Origin: a virus | Strand: one strand, 5' to 3' | Virus record (IMG/VR): IMGVR_UViG_3300031707_002715 | Location: 1-64,000 of that record | Length of the DNA: 64,000 nt | In this document: one piece after another, positions 9,919 through 19,252 of the stretch | Layout of the letters: every line of letters begins with the position of its first letter | Numbering within the stretch: position 1 is the first letter of the stretch | The notes under the pieces: generated by a model | Seen by the model: the letters and a program-made list of their open reading frames with translations, nothing else | Database searches by the model: none | Told to the model about the DNA's origin: nothing | Position numbers and translations under genes: made by a program

Positions 9919-10812
9919 ATGAATGCATTAAGATGTGGCGACACTACTACAAGAGATAATTTAAATGTGTTTATTTATGACAGGACGGGTCGGTTAAAAG
10001 ACCCATATAGTATAACGTTTGATCTTTATGATGTGACGTCTGGTATACCAGTATTAATCGGTGGACCTGATAGATTACCGATAAAATTCGCTGTTGGTAG
10101 TTATTTTGCTCCATGGCAAGTACCGACAAATGAAAATCTTGGATCACATAAAATAGTCTGGAAAATAAAAGAAACAGTTTCTAGTGTGGCTTCTTTAAAT
10201 CCAGAAGAATTTGAAATTGTTTCAAGACTGACTTTAATAAATGAGGAATATCCAGAACCAATAAAACGATTAATTTTCAAATTGAGAGTCAAATTAAGAG
10301 ATGTGAATCCGGACAGAGATTATCATTTCTCGCCCCCGACATCATTACAAGAAATAGCGGGATTTACTGAAACACGTGGATATCGGTGGCCAGACGAGTC
10401 GTTAGTCAATCATATTGAAGATGCAAGTAATTATATAAATTTATTTCCACCAGCAACAACGTATGATATGATGACATTTCCAGCTGCATGGGAACCATTG
10501 ATGTTAATGGAAGCTGAAGTTAATGCATTATACGATTTGTCAATTTTATGGGCTAATGAAGAATTTAACTATTCATTAGCTGGAATTTCATTAGATATTA
10601 GACGGTCAGACAAATATTCTGGATTAGCTAACCAACTTCAATCTATGGTTGACAAACGACTCGAGACTGCAAAAAAGAGAATACTTTGTACAGTCGGATT
10701 ACGACAGGATAGATATACATATAGCAGAGGGGCTAGTTTGGGGCCATGGACGAGCGGGCAAAATATAAAGCGCTGGACTGGGTCGAGATTCAATAGGATT
10801 CAAATTGGATAG
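9919..10812 (+). CDS. Putative neck / head-tail adaptor protein with an N-terminal Ig-like domain
   Basis: LRVKLRD...WPDESL...YINLFPP...EEFNYSLAGISLDI.RS.KY resembles adaptor (gp13/gp15-like) proteins; position in the late operon. Confidence 0.55.
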   Translation: MNALRCGDTTTRDNLNVFIYDRTGRLKDPYSITFDLYDVTSGIPVLIGGPDRLPIKFAVGSYFAPWQVPTNENLGSHKIVWKIKETVSSVASLNPEEFEIVSRLTLINEEYPEPIKRLIFKLRVKLRDVNPDRDYHFSPPTSLQEIAGFTETRGYRWPDESLVNHIEDASNYINLFPPATTYDMMTFPAAWEPLMLMEAEVNALYDLSILWANEEFNYSLAGISLDIRRSDKYSGLANQLQSMVDKRLETAKKRILCTVGLRQDRYTYSRGASLGPWTSGQNIKRWTGSRFNRIQIG

Positions 10813-10937
10813 TTTTGACCAAATGGTACCGTGTCCTATTACAGTTCCCATAGCGAACGTAAATTAATCTTGTTTTACGGCATATAATATTAACCATAGG
10901 AGGCCTAAAAACAACAACATTAACAACGAGGTGAAAC

Positions 10938-12167
10938 GTGGACTTAGCCATTCATCAATGCAAAGATTGTGGTACAGAAGTTAGAGTTAATAAGTATAGT
11001 ACATTCTTTAGATGTAAAGAATGCAAAGAAAAACATCGACAACGAACATTAATTGAAAGATCGAAAAACAAATGTACTAATTGCGGAAAAGAGTTTGAAA
11101 AAGATATACATTCAAGAGAATATCACTGCCCTGAATGTAAATTAAAAGTAGAAATGTTAAAAACTCATACACGATGTAGTCGATGCTGTAGAATATTACA
11201 TAGAGATAATTTTCCCATAGGCAATACAACTGTTTGTTTTGATTGTAGAAACAATAGAGAAGAAGAAAAGGAACAGTTAAAAAATAAAATATATTTGCGA
11301 TCTTGTTATCGTTGTGGAGCCAATGTACAAACTACAAGATTTGCAACTATTGTAATATGCGATAATTGTGAAGAACAAAAGCAATTACAAAAGTTTGAAA
11401 AAAAGAAAACGGTATTTATTAGAAAATGTTTAACTTGCGGTTGTGATGTCGAGGTTAAAAGTGGTCACATAACATTTATTCATTGTGATAAATGTAAATC
11501 AGAACAACATGAAGCTAAATACAAAAAACGGCAATTTAAAGAAAATTCGTTCAAATGCAAATATTGTGGTAATAGAGAGACTGTCAATGATGAAGATAAA
11601 AAAACATATAATTACAAAACCTATGTATGCACTAAGTGTAGAGTAAATATAACGTATAAAGTTAGACGTGTAGAAAAAAGATGCATTGTTTGTGACAAGT
11701 TAATGATAGCTGATAAAAGAAGAACGACTGTTGTTTGTAATGAATGTAAGTCTAAAGGATTAAAACCTGACTTAATCAAATTTGGCGTTAAACAGCATTT
11801 TGGTTATTATGGTACAGCTTCTGATGGACATAAATGGTGGTCGTTAAATGAACAAGATGTTGAAGAATGGTTAATACATAATAATATACGACACATATGT
11901 CAAGCTAGAATCGGTGACACAATAAAGCACGCAGATCAGTATTTACCAGATTATGATTTATATATTGAGATTGATGGTTTGAGTAGAAAAGATGATATTG
12001 ATTGGAATGGTAAATTATCTTTATATGATAAGTTAAGCTTAAAATATAAAATAGTAAAACCTGTAGAACATCATTATTATATGAACAAAGATAAATGTTT
12101 TGAAGAATTAGATAAAGAATTTGAATTTTTGAAACCAATAAATACTACAAATGAAACATCTAGCTAA
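10938..12167 (+). CDS. Free-standing putative homing endonuclease: 14 CxxC motifs (about 7 zinc ribbons) plus a C-terminal PD-(D/E)XK (Vsr/DUF559-like) nuclease
   Basis: CKDC, CKEC, CTNC, CPEC, CSRC, CFDC, CYRC, CDNC, CLTC, CDKC, CKYC, CTKC, CIVC, CNEC; SLNEQDVEEWL...ADQYLPDYDLYIEIDG; RBS gaggtg before GTG. Confidence 0.75.
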   Translation: MDLAIHQCKDCGTEVRVNKYSTFFRCKECKEKHRQRTLIERSKNKCTNCGKEFEKDIHSREYHCPECKLKVEMLKTHTRCSRCCRILHRDNFPIGNTTVCFDCRNNREEEKEQLKNKIYLRSCYRCGANVQTTRFATIVICDNCEEQKQLQKFEKKKTVFIRKCLTCGCDVEVKSGHITFIHCDKCKSEQHEAKYKKRQFKENSFKCKYCGNRETVNDEDKKTYNYKTYVCTKCRVNITYKVRRVEKRCIVCDKLMIADKRRTTVVCNECKSKGLKPDLIKFGVKQHFGYYGTASDGHKWWSLNEQDVEEWLIHNNIRHICQARIGDTIKHADQYLPDYDLYIEIDGLSRKDDIDWNGKLSLYDKLSLKYKIVKPVEHHYYMNKDKCFEELDKEFEFLKPINTTNETSS

Positions 12168-13167
12168 AATTCAAACTGAGTTTTTGAAATATTCAAATGA
12201 TGCGCAGTATTTCTTGGACCAGGCGATCAAACGAAATGACAGGAAGGCTATTAATTATTGGTTGAAAATATTGAATAGGAGGGCTAGGAAAAAGTATCCA
12301 GCAGAAATTATAACCAATAGAGAGTTTCAAGAGTTAAAGAAACGACCTAATGATAAGATTGAGATCGATAAGGTTAAAAAAGAAGCGATTAAAAAATTTG
12401 AGCAGTTAGGTTTTTCAAGCTTGCCCGTTAGAGATATCAAGCCATTGCAAGAATTAACGGATGTAGATAAGAGGAAAGTGTTAAAGAATCATAATGGTGT
12501 GCCAAAATATGGTTTTACAGTTAATGGTAATGTATACTTAAATATGAAAGTGATAGATGAGGGCGGAGAGTTTACTTTAGAGGACGTAGTGTATCATGAG
12601 TTGGGTCATCATGTTTTTCATAGTCAATATCAGTCCCAGATAATCGAGATAATGAATAAATATGGGTTAGATGAAGATTATGATGAAGATTTTGCTGAGT
12701 TATTTAGTTATAAGATGACCGGTAAGTTGAATGACGAGAGTTTGAAGATGTATAAAGTGTTTCGAGATTTTGAGAGTGATGTGTTAGGAAATATAAAAAC
12801 AGAATTTGAAAAGTATTTGAGTGATACTATTAGTGATGATTTGAGAGGTTTGCCGTTTATTACTAGTGTTAATATTGGTAGAGATTTTTACGATAATTAT
12901 CAAGTAGTAGCAGAAGATGAAAGAGTGTCTGGTCTAAATACTAGGATAAATGTTAATTTGAGCGATGATCACGTAGAATTTAATACGATTAGTGTTAATA
13001 AAAAAGATCGTGGTAAGGGTTATTCTTCAGCGATGGTAAAAGTAATTAATGATGCAATTCTTGGGTCTGAAAAGAAAGATATTCCAGTGTACGTGTCTGA
13101 TCCTAGAGATCAAAATTTTTGGGAGCATATGAAAGATAAATTTCCTAAATTGAATTGGCGAATATAA
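12151..13167 (+). CDS. Leader-tagged protein: zincin-like HExxH metallopeptidase plus C-terminal GNAT-like acetyltransferase
   Basis: VVYHELGHH...DEDFAELF; ISVNKKDRGKGYSSAM...FWEHM (acetyl-CoA-binding RGKG motif). Confidence 0.75.
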   Translation: MKHLAKIQTEFLKYSNDAQYFLDQAIKRNDRKAINYWLKILNRRARKKYPAEIITNREFQELKKRPNDKIEIDKVKKEAIKKFEQLGFSSLPVRDIKPLQELTDVDKRKVLKNHNGVPKYGFTVNGNVYLNMKVIDEGGEFTLEDVVYHELGHHVFHSQYQSQIIEIMNKYGLDEDYDEDFAELFSYKMTGKLNDESLKMYKVFRDFESDVLGNIKTEFEKYLSDTISDDLRGLPFITSVNIGRDFYDNYQVVAEDERVSGLNTRINVNLSDDHVEFNTISVNKKDRGKGYSSAMVKVINDAILGSEKKDIPVYVSDPRDQNFWEHMKDKFPKLNWRI

Positions 13168-13176
13168 AGAATAGTT

Positions 13177-13455
13177 ATGAAATATTTTGCAAGTATTCAG
13201 CGTGAATTTTTGAAATATGCTATTGTTTTTTCATCAAAAGAAGAGTTTGAAGAGTACATGAAAAAACATCCTAAGGGTGATAGGCAAAATCATTCAATTA
13301 AAGTACCAAAACTTGGCGATGAGGAACATAGCTTAGGTCAATCTAGAATGTTCACTAATAAAGGTTGGTTGTATTTCGACCAAGATGACGAAGGTCGAAA
13401 AGATTTAGATGAAGAACGAAGAAAACTACAATCATTTTTAAAGAGGGAAGAATAA
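13177..13455 (+). CDS. Leader-tagged small charged protein of unknown function
   Basis: N-terminus MKYFASIQREFLKYA; FSSKEEFEEYMKKHPKGDRQNH. Confidence 0.7.
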   Translation: MKYFASIQREFLKYAIVFSSKEEFEEYMKKHPKGDRQNHSIKVPKLGDEEHSLGQSRMFTNKGWLYFDQDDEGRKDLDEERRKLQSFLKREE

Positions 13456-14264
13456 TGAGACATTTCGCGAGGATTCAGGTCGAATTTTTGAAATTAGTCG
13501 CTGATGACATGAGTGGAACAGTTCACAAGGAGAATGAGAAGCGTTTCGAATTGTCTGAATTGCCGGACGAATGTAAAGATCTAAAACCGACGCTTATCAA
13601 GCAAGGCACATTAAGACAGTGTAATAATGGTAATAATAATATTGTCGCTTATGCTCGTATTAGGATGAAAAAAGAAGCAGATGATGAGCCGAAATATAGT
13701 CTCGGCGTGAAGCATTATCCGTTGCATCAAGAAGCTGAGACCGAAGTTTCGAAAGAGATGTTTGATAGTTTTTATCCCGATAATGTCGATAGGCCTGAAG
13801 AGAAACTGCGGTATAGTTTGCCTGGCAAATGGGACGTCGACGTTAAAGACAGCGGTAATAAGATTGTGGCTGAATGCGAAGCAAATGAAGTTAGAGTGCC
13901 GAAGCATTGGAAAATTAAGAAGACATTTAAGTATGCAAATTTGACTAGTGATATGGAGACAAGTATAGATAAACCGTCAAAGATTTCAGTGTTTTTGGGT
14001 GGTGAGGTCGAAGATAATACGTGGCGGAAAGATTTAAAGAAAATGTATAAAGATTTAGTATTTCTTGATCCGTATGATGACGATTGGAAACCGACTAATA
14101 ACATTTATGATGAGTGTGCTGCTATGGTCAAGGCTGATAAAGTGATATTTTATAAAGGCGGAGATTTAACGAATAAAGAAAAAGAATTTTTAAAAGCGAT
14201 TGGTAAGTCGTTTCAAGAATTCAATGATTTAAATTCGCTAAGAAAATACGTGAGTGAATTATGA
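13455..14264 (+). CDS. Leader-tagged CYTH-like (triphosphate tunnel) domain fused to a nucleoside 2-deoxyribosyltransferase-like domain
   Basis: ENEKRF...IKQG...ARIR...LGVK...EAETEV...EKLRY...DVD...VAECE (CYTH); VFLGG...WRK...LDPYDDDW...ECAAMVKADKVIFY (NDT-like). Confidence 0.75.
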   Translation: MRHFARIQVEFLKLVADDMSGTVHKENEKRFELSELPDECKDLKPTLIKQGTLRQCNNGNNNIVAYARIRMKKEADDEPKYSLGVKHYPLHQEAETEVSKEMFDSFYPDNVDRPEEKLRYSLPGKWDVDVKDSGNKIVAECEANEVRVPKHWKIKKTFKYANLTSDMETSIDKPSKISVFLGGEVEDNTWRKDLKKMYKDLVFLDPYDDDWKPTNNIYDECAAMVKADKVIFYKGGDLTNKEKEFLKAIGKSFQEFNDLNSLRKYVSEL

Positions 14265-14680
14265 ACAACAAGATTATCGTGGCAATTGATTTTGACGGTA
14301 CGATTGTGCGAGCAGAAGATCCGACATTGATTAATGTGACAAAAGATTTTGTTTTGTTGCCTCATGCAAAAGAAGTGCTAGATTGGATGTATCAATATTT
14401 TTTCTGCATTTTGTGGACGTGTCGTGATGACGTCGCATTGCAAAATGCATTAAGCTTTTTAAGTAGAAATAACATTAAATTTCATGCAATAAATCAAAAT
14501 GCACCATTTTTAGATTTTCAAACTAGTAATAAAATTTATTTTGATTATAGTATTGATGATAGAACAAGTATGAATAGTATAGATTGGTTAGTGATACGAC
14601 AATATTTACAGAAAAAATATTTGAAGACTGATGAAGAAACTATCGTTGACAAAGTATTAATTGAGGTCTATCCATGTTAA
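14261..14680 (+). CDS. Minimal HAD-superfamily phosphatase
   Basis: IVAIDFDGTIV (DxD motif I), ILWTCR (motif II), KIYFDYSIDDR (motifs III/IV). Confidence 0.85.
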   Translation: MNNKIIVAIDFDGTIVRAEDPTLINVTKDFVLLPHAKEVLDWMYQYFFCILWTCRDDVALQNALSFLSRNNIKFHAINQNAPFLDFQTSNKIYFDYSIDDRTSMNSIDWLVIRQYLQKKYLKTDEETIVDKVLIEVYPC

Positions 14681-17460
14681 AGTTTCAATCGTTTTCACCT
14701 GATAAAAATAGCACCGGTGTGTCACAGACGACGCCTGTTTATTTTGAGATACGTAATTTACAGACCACGGCTGTTAAAAATACAATAAATGTAAAAATTA
14801 ATGGCATCGATGCACTAATTAACGGTGTATTTCAGACAGGTTTTTCAGGTGCAATAAATAATAATGTTCACGGCTATGATGTTTATGTTCAACACGTGGT
14901 CGTATTTACTCATGGTCAAATAATAAACGTCTGGTTGTCAGTTAATGATAATAATGGATACGCATTTATTGATTCTTATCATTTTACTGTGATAATTAAC
15001 GATACTGTTGCACCGTCTACGATTGCGAATCCTAAAGGTGGAACGTATGCGTCTCATCAACTCGTACGATTAATTGTAAGTAAGCCATCAAGTATTATTT
15101 ATTATACGATTGATGGTTTAATGCCGACAACTAGTTCTACTGTGTATTTTAGTCCAATAGTCATCGCGCAAAACACAACATTAAAGTTTTTTAGCATCGA
15201 TTCTGATGGCAATAGAGATTATGTGCATGTCGAAGTCTATCAGCTTGATGCATCGGTTGACGATCATGTAGTACCAGTCACTACAGCAAGTATTATAAGC
15301 GGTACATATTATGATCCAATATCTATAACGTTATCGTGCAGTGAGCCTGCGACAATTTATTGGACGACTGATGGTTCGATACCGACATTAACGAATTATG
15401 CAGGTAAAGATAGTTCTGGTACTATAATTAAAGTCACTTCAAATTCGACATTGAAATTTTTTGCAATTGATGAGTTTGGTAATCAAGAAAGCGTTAAAGA
15501 AGAAACATACGTTATTAGTTCTAAAGAAAATAACATTGTACCAACAAACGTATTTGTTAATTTTCCATATATTAAGAATACTGTAGATATTTCATGGGAT
15601 GATATGATGCCGATGCAATCTGAAATTATGGGTTATAACGTCTATCGGTCTCAAGTCGATGCACAATATTTAGAAAACATTGTGTCTCACGATGTATTGA
15701 CGACAGATAATGTTTATTCTAAAGAAGATGGAACGTTTGTAAAAATTAATACCGATTTGGTAACGACGACATTTTATCGCGATCAATATCTTAATAGAGT
15801 CATTCTTAAAGAAGACGTGTCAGATCAATTTAGGTTTTCGACATTAATTGATGTCAATACTGATTTTAGCGGGCAAATTGTTAATAGCGATCAATGGAAT
15901 GCAATTGATCCTGATAGGTTATTTAATCAATCAGACGGTATAAATTTTATTGATGGGTATGGTAACAATCGTGGAGCATATTTTCAATCAGCATTTATAT
16001 TATCCGGAGATTTCGATATACAAACTGCATATAAATTATATGATTGGCCGATAACAGATTCAATTGATCATTCTGAGTGCGCATTTATCGTGTCGTATAA
16101 TCAATATTCATATGTTAAAGTATCGAGAGTTAGATATGAAGCAACAGACTACATTATTAGCGAAGCATTTGTGGATTCGACTAGAATTGGTATAGTCAGA
16201 ATATTAATATCAGGTGGAGAAGGAAGCATTAGAATTGTTCGATCAGGTCCGACTAATTCTGATATTTCTACTTATTATTATGATGGTAGCACATGGGTAC
16301 TATTAGATTCTTATATTGATTTTACGAGAAATGATATCCAGGTTAAATTTTATGCAAAAAGTTCTAATGTTGGTATAAATATAAAATTTCTTTATTTTCA
16401 GGCGACCACAGCTAACGCAAAATTACCATTAATAAAAGATGTACGAGGCAATTACAGTATTCAAGTTAGACATACGCCAATAGCAACTAGTAGAACTGAA
16501 AAATTGTACACAGATCAACTATTTGATGTTGAAGTGTTTATTGATGGTAAAAAAGCTGCCATTAAATCTGTTGATGGATTAAAAGGCGTAATAATTTTAG
16601 ATACAGAACGACAATACGATCAGACTTTACAAACATGGTACGAACCACCATTACCGTCGGTTCAATCTTTAGTTACGGTTACATATCAGTATAATGTTAA
16701 TTCAATAAAAATGAATTTGAGCAAGTTACCGTTTTATAAAGTGGTAGCTGTTTTAAGCGATAATTCTGAGACACGTCTTGAATGGTGTCCGTCTATAACG
16801 CTTCAGAGCGACAAGTTAGATTATATGTATCTCGAAGCTATACGACGTAATTCGTGGTTGCTTGATCAAGCCGGTGAAAGGGTGCTATTATTTATTCGAA
16901 AGACTACGGGTGAAAAATGTAAATGCTATAAACGTAATGAAAGGACTCATGGACAACCTCAAGTTGGTTCTTGTAAGATTTGTTGGGGTACGGGTTTTGT
17001 CGGTGGATATGAAGGGCCGTATGAAATTAGGATTTCGCCGTTTCAATCTGAACAAAGAATTAGCATGCAAGAACGAGGTATGAAATTAGAAAATATAGAA
17101 AGCACATGGACATCAATATCGCCAATTATAACGCAAAGAGATTTTATCGCTCGTAGAAACAGTCAAATGTATGCAATTGGTCCGATATCTACACCTCAAG
17201 TTAGAGGCATTGCGACGCAGCAGCATTTTTCTGTTGAGCATATTGATTCGACTGATATAAGATATGAATTTGTTGCATCATTAAATCTATTTAATTATCA
17301 AAGGCAAGTGGGATTAAGAAAACCATTTGCTCATTATACTGATGATCAAGTTATCATTGATGGAGAAGTGACAGAAAATGATAAAATAAGGACAGACAAA
17401 GGTGTTGATTTTGATAGTAAAAAAGGACGGACTATAACTTTTGAAAACTCTCTGTTTTAA
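14674..17460 (+). CDS. Large decorated virion protein, putative head-closure/neck: Ig domain, two chitobiase-C/Fn3-associated repeats, FN3, lectin-like insert and a C-terminal Cys-containing conserved domain
   Basis: IYYTIDG..PT and IYWTTDGSIPT repeats; ISWD...GYNVYRS; C-terminal GERVLLFIRK..GEKCKC...CKICWGTGFVGGY. Confidence 0.6.
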   Translation: MLKFQSFSPDKNSTGVSQTTPVYFEIRNLQTTAVKNTINVKINGIDALINGVFQTGFSGAINNNVHGYDVYVQHVVVFTHGQIINVWLSVNDNNGYAFIDSYHFTVIINDTVAPSTIANPKGGTYASHQLVRLIVSKPSSIIYYTIDGLMPTTSSTVYFSPIVIAQNTTLKFFSIDSDGNRDYVHVEVYQLDASVDDHVVPVTTASIISGTYYDPISITLSCSEPATIYWTTDGSIPTLTNYAGKDSSGTIIKVTSNSTLKFFAIDEFGNQESVKEETYVISSKENNIVPTNVFVNFPYIKNTVDISWDDMMPMQSEIMGYNVYRSQVDAQYLENIVSHDVLTTDNVYSKEDGTFVKINTDLVTTTFYRDQYLNRVILKEDVSDQFRFSTLIDVNTDFSGQIVNSDQWNAIDPDRLFNQSDGINFIDGYGNNRGAYFQSAFILSGDFDIQTAYKLYDWPITDSIDHSECAFIVSYNQYSYVKVSRVRYEATDYIISEAFVDSTRIGIVRILISGGEGSIRIVRSGPTNSDISTYYYDGSTWVLLDSYIDFTRNDIQVKFYAKSSNVGINIKFLYFQATTANAKLPLIKDVRGNYSIQVRHTPIATSRTEKLYTDQLFDVEVFIDGKKAAIKSVDGLKGVIILDTERQYDQTLQTWYEPPLPSVQSLVTVTYQYNVNSIKMNLSKLPFYKVVAVLSDNSETRLEWCPSITLQSDKLDYMYLEAIRRNSWLLDQAGERVLLFIRKTTGEKCKCYKRNERTHGQPQVGSCKICWGTGFVGGYEGPYEIRISPFQSEQRISMQERGMKLENIESTWTSISPIITQRDFIARRNSQMYAIGPISTPQVRGIATQQHFSVEHIDSTDIRYEFVASLNLFNYQRQVGLRKPFAHYTDDQVIIDGEVTENDKIRTDKGVDFDSKKGRTITFENSLF

Positions 17461-17496
17461 GGTTTTATAATTCAGAACATTAAAAAGGAGAACATT

Positions 17497-17943
17497 ATGT
17501 ACCCAGCAGACGTCGATGTAACTCTTAGAAATGCAGCAGCAAATGATTTAATCAGACAGACATATGATTATGATGCTTTTATTGAATTATCAGCATTAAC
17601 ATTTACTCAGGCGAGACTTCAAATTAAGAATACTTTTAATAATTATACTACATCGAAATTGGTGCTAATAGCACCAACAACGCCTGTAACATTATTAATT
17701 GGTGATAGCGTCACGCCCGATGGGACGTTGCAATTAAAAGCTATGCTGTATCGAAATTCTACTGATCCAGCACTAGATGTTACTACAACTGTGCAATGGA
17801 TTACGATTCCGTCGCCGACAGCTATTGTCACTGTTTTAAATGGGTTAGTGACAGCAAATTCTGCTGGCGCAATTCAAATTTATGCAAAAGTTCCAGGTGT
17901 TGGAAATCTTGAAACAACTAGATTAACAATAACGGTGGCATAA
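17497..17943 (+). CDS. Ig-like (Big_2-type) domain protein, possible decoration protein
   Basis: RBS aaggag; TLQLKA...DVTTTVQW...IVTV.NGLVTA..AG..QIYA. Confidence 0.7.
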   Translation: MYPADVDVTLRNAAANDLIRQTYDYDAFIELSALTFTQARLQIKNTFNNYTTSKLVLIAPTTPVTLLIGDSVTPDGTLQLKAMLYRNSTDPALDVTTTVQWITIPSPTAIVTVLNGLVTANSAGAIQIYAKVPGVGNLETTRLTITVA

Positions 17944-17944
17944 T

Positions 17945-18553
17945 ATGTCAGAAGTTTCATTACCTACTGCGTTAGGTTCACGTCGTGAGACATCGATAAA
18001 TGATATAGATCATTTACCGTTGGGTAATATACTGTATGAAATAGATAATGAAGTTATACGTAAAAAAAATACAGCGACAAATGAATTGACGACGTCAAAT
18101 AATTTTTTAGTTAGCATTTTACAGATAATAAAAAATTCAACGACGTCATTGACTGTAAAATATTTTTCAGGTGATAAAATTTATACCAATGAATCATTTA
18201 TCGATACTGATATTATAACTGTAAGTTATACTTATAATAAAACAGCAGCTGTAACGACGAATTTAAATGACGACACTGAAGGCGTCGAACAAAAGACGAT
18301 TAATAATCCAGACATTTATGACAGGAATAAGAATTATGATGATTATTCGCAATTGACATACATGAGCAGAAGTTTAGTCGGCAAAGCTTCAAAACAGACA
18401 GGAACGACATTACACGACATGCAGATGATGACTGCGTTTGATAAAAAGAACAATACGAGAATCGTACAGCAAGAATATCGAGACTATAAAGAGTCGCATT
18501 ATAATTTAGTGTCGTCACCGTTTACAACTGCTGAAAAGTTCATTATTCCATGA
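17945..18553 (+). CDS. Hypothetical virion-associated protein
   Basis: Abuts the previous stop; DTDIITVSYTY strand like those in other structural proteins here. Confidence 0.6.
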   Translation: MSEVSLPTALGSRRETSINDIDHLPLGNILYEIDNEVIRKKNTATNELTTSNNFLVSILQIIKNSTTSLTVKYFSGDKIYTNESFIDTDIITVSYTYNKTAAVTTNLNDDTEGVEQKTINNPDIYDRNKNYDDYSQLTYMSRSLVGKASKQTGTTLHDMQMMTAFDKKNNTRIVQQEYRDYKESHYNLVSSPFTTAEKFIIP

Positions 18554-18831
18554 AATTAAAAATTAATCATTTACGATTAAAAAACGATATTGAACGAGAC
18601 AATAGACATGATATAATAAATTTACGTAGGAAAAAGAAATATCGAATTGCAAGCGTATTAAAAATATGGCCGGAACATAAAGTCGTAGCAATTATTTATG
18701 AAGCTTTGATGCACAATGTGAAATTATTAATTACAGATGATGTAATGATTTTAAATAAAGATTCAATCATTGAAAAAGAATTTGGATTGAAGGTGCAAAA
18801 TGCAGCTAAAAGTCAAGTTAGTTCAATTTGA
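18550..18831 (+). CDS. Hypothetical protein
   Basis: ATGA overlap with the previous gene; basic 93-aa ORF. Confidence 0.5.
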   Translation: MKLKINHLRLKNDIERDNRHDIINLRRKKKYRIASVLKIWPEHKVVAIIYEALMHNVKLLITDDVMILNKDSIIEKEFGLKVQNAAKSQVSSI

Positions 18832-19252
18832 TACTGATGCATTGAGAAAAAAGAGAGCTGCTATTATTAAAAAAATCGCAACGCGTGGTGTTAAAATTTT
18901 TAGGTCTGAAATTACAAAGAGGCGATTAATTAATACCGGTAATTTAAAAGAAAGTGTCGGTGCAACATTAAGGAAGAATGGCGTCACTATTGACATTGGT
19001 GCAGATTATGCCGAGATTTTAAATAGGGGTGTTAGAAAACATAAGATGACTTATTTGATTGATAAGGGTCCGATACCGATTGTGACGAAAAAAGGTAAAA
19101 CGATATTTCGAGTCGCTACTGAAAACGATATTCGACTTAAAGGAAAGTGGCGACATCCGGGATTTAAAAGGGGCCAAGGTTTTTATGATATTAGTGTAAA
19201 TAAAGTTGAAGATGAATGCAAAGAAATAATATTAAGTGAAGGCCTAGTATGA
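18800..19252 (+). CDS. HK97 gp10-like / virion morphogenesis (tail completion) protein
   Basis: INTGNLKESV...IGADYAEILNRG...HPG....FY pattern; highly basic; RBS aaggtg. Confidence 0.7.
   Translation: MQLKVKLVQFDTDALRKKRAAIIKKIATRGVKIFRSEITKRRLINTGNLKESVGATLRKNGVTIDIGADYAEILNRGVRKHKMTYLIDKGPIPIVTKKGKTIFRVATENDIRLKGKWRHPGFKRGQGFYDISVNKVEDECKEIILSEGLV

Noticed and set aside
10813-12167. Group I intron or intein housing the endonuclease
   Set aside because: The flanking genes look complete and unrelated to each other; no split gene, intron core or intein splice motifs were recognised
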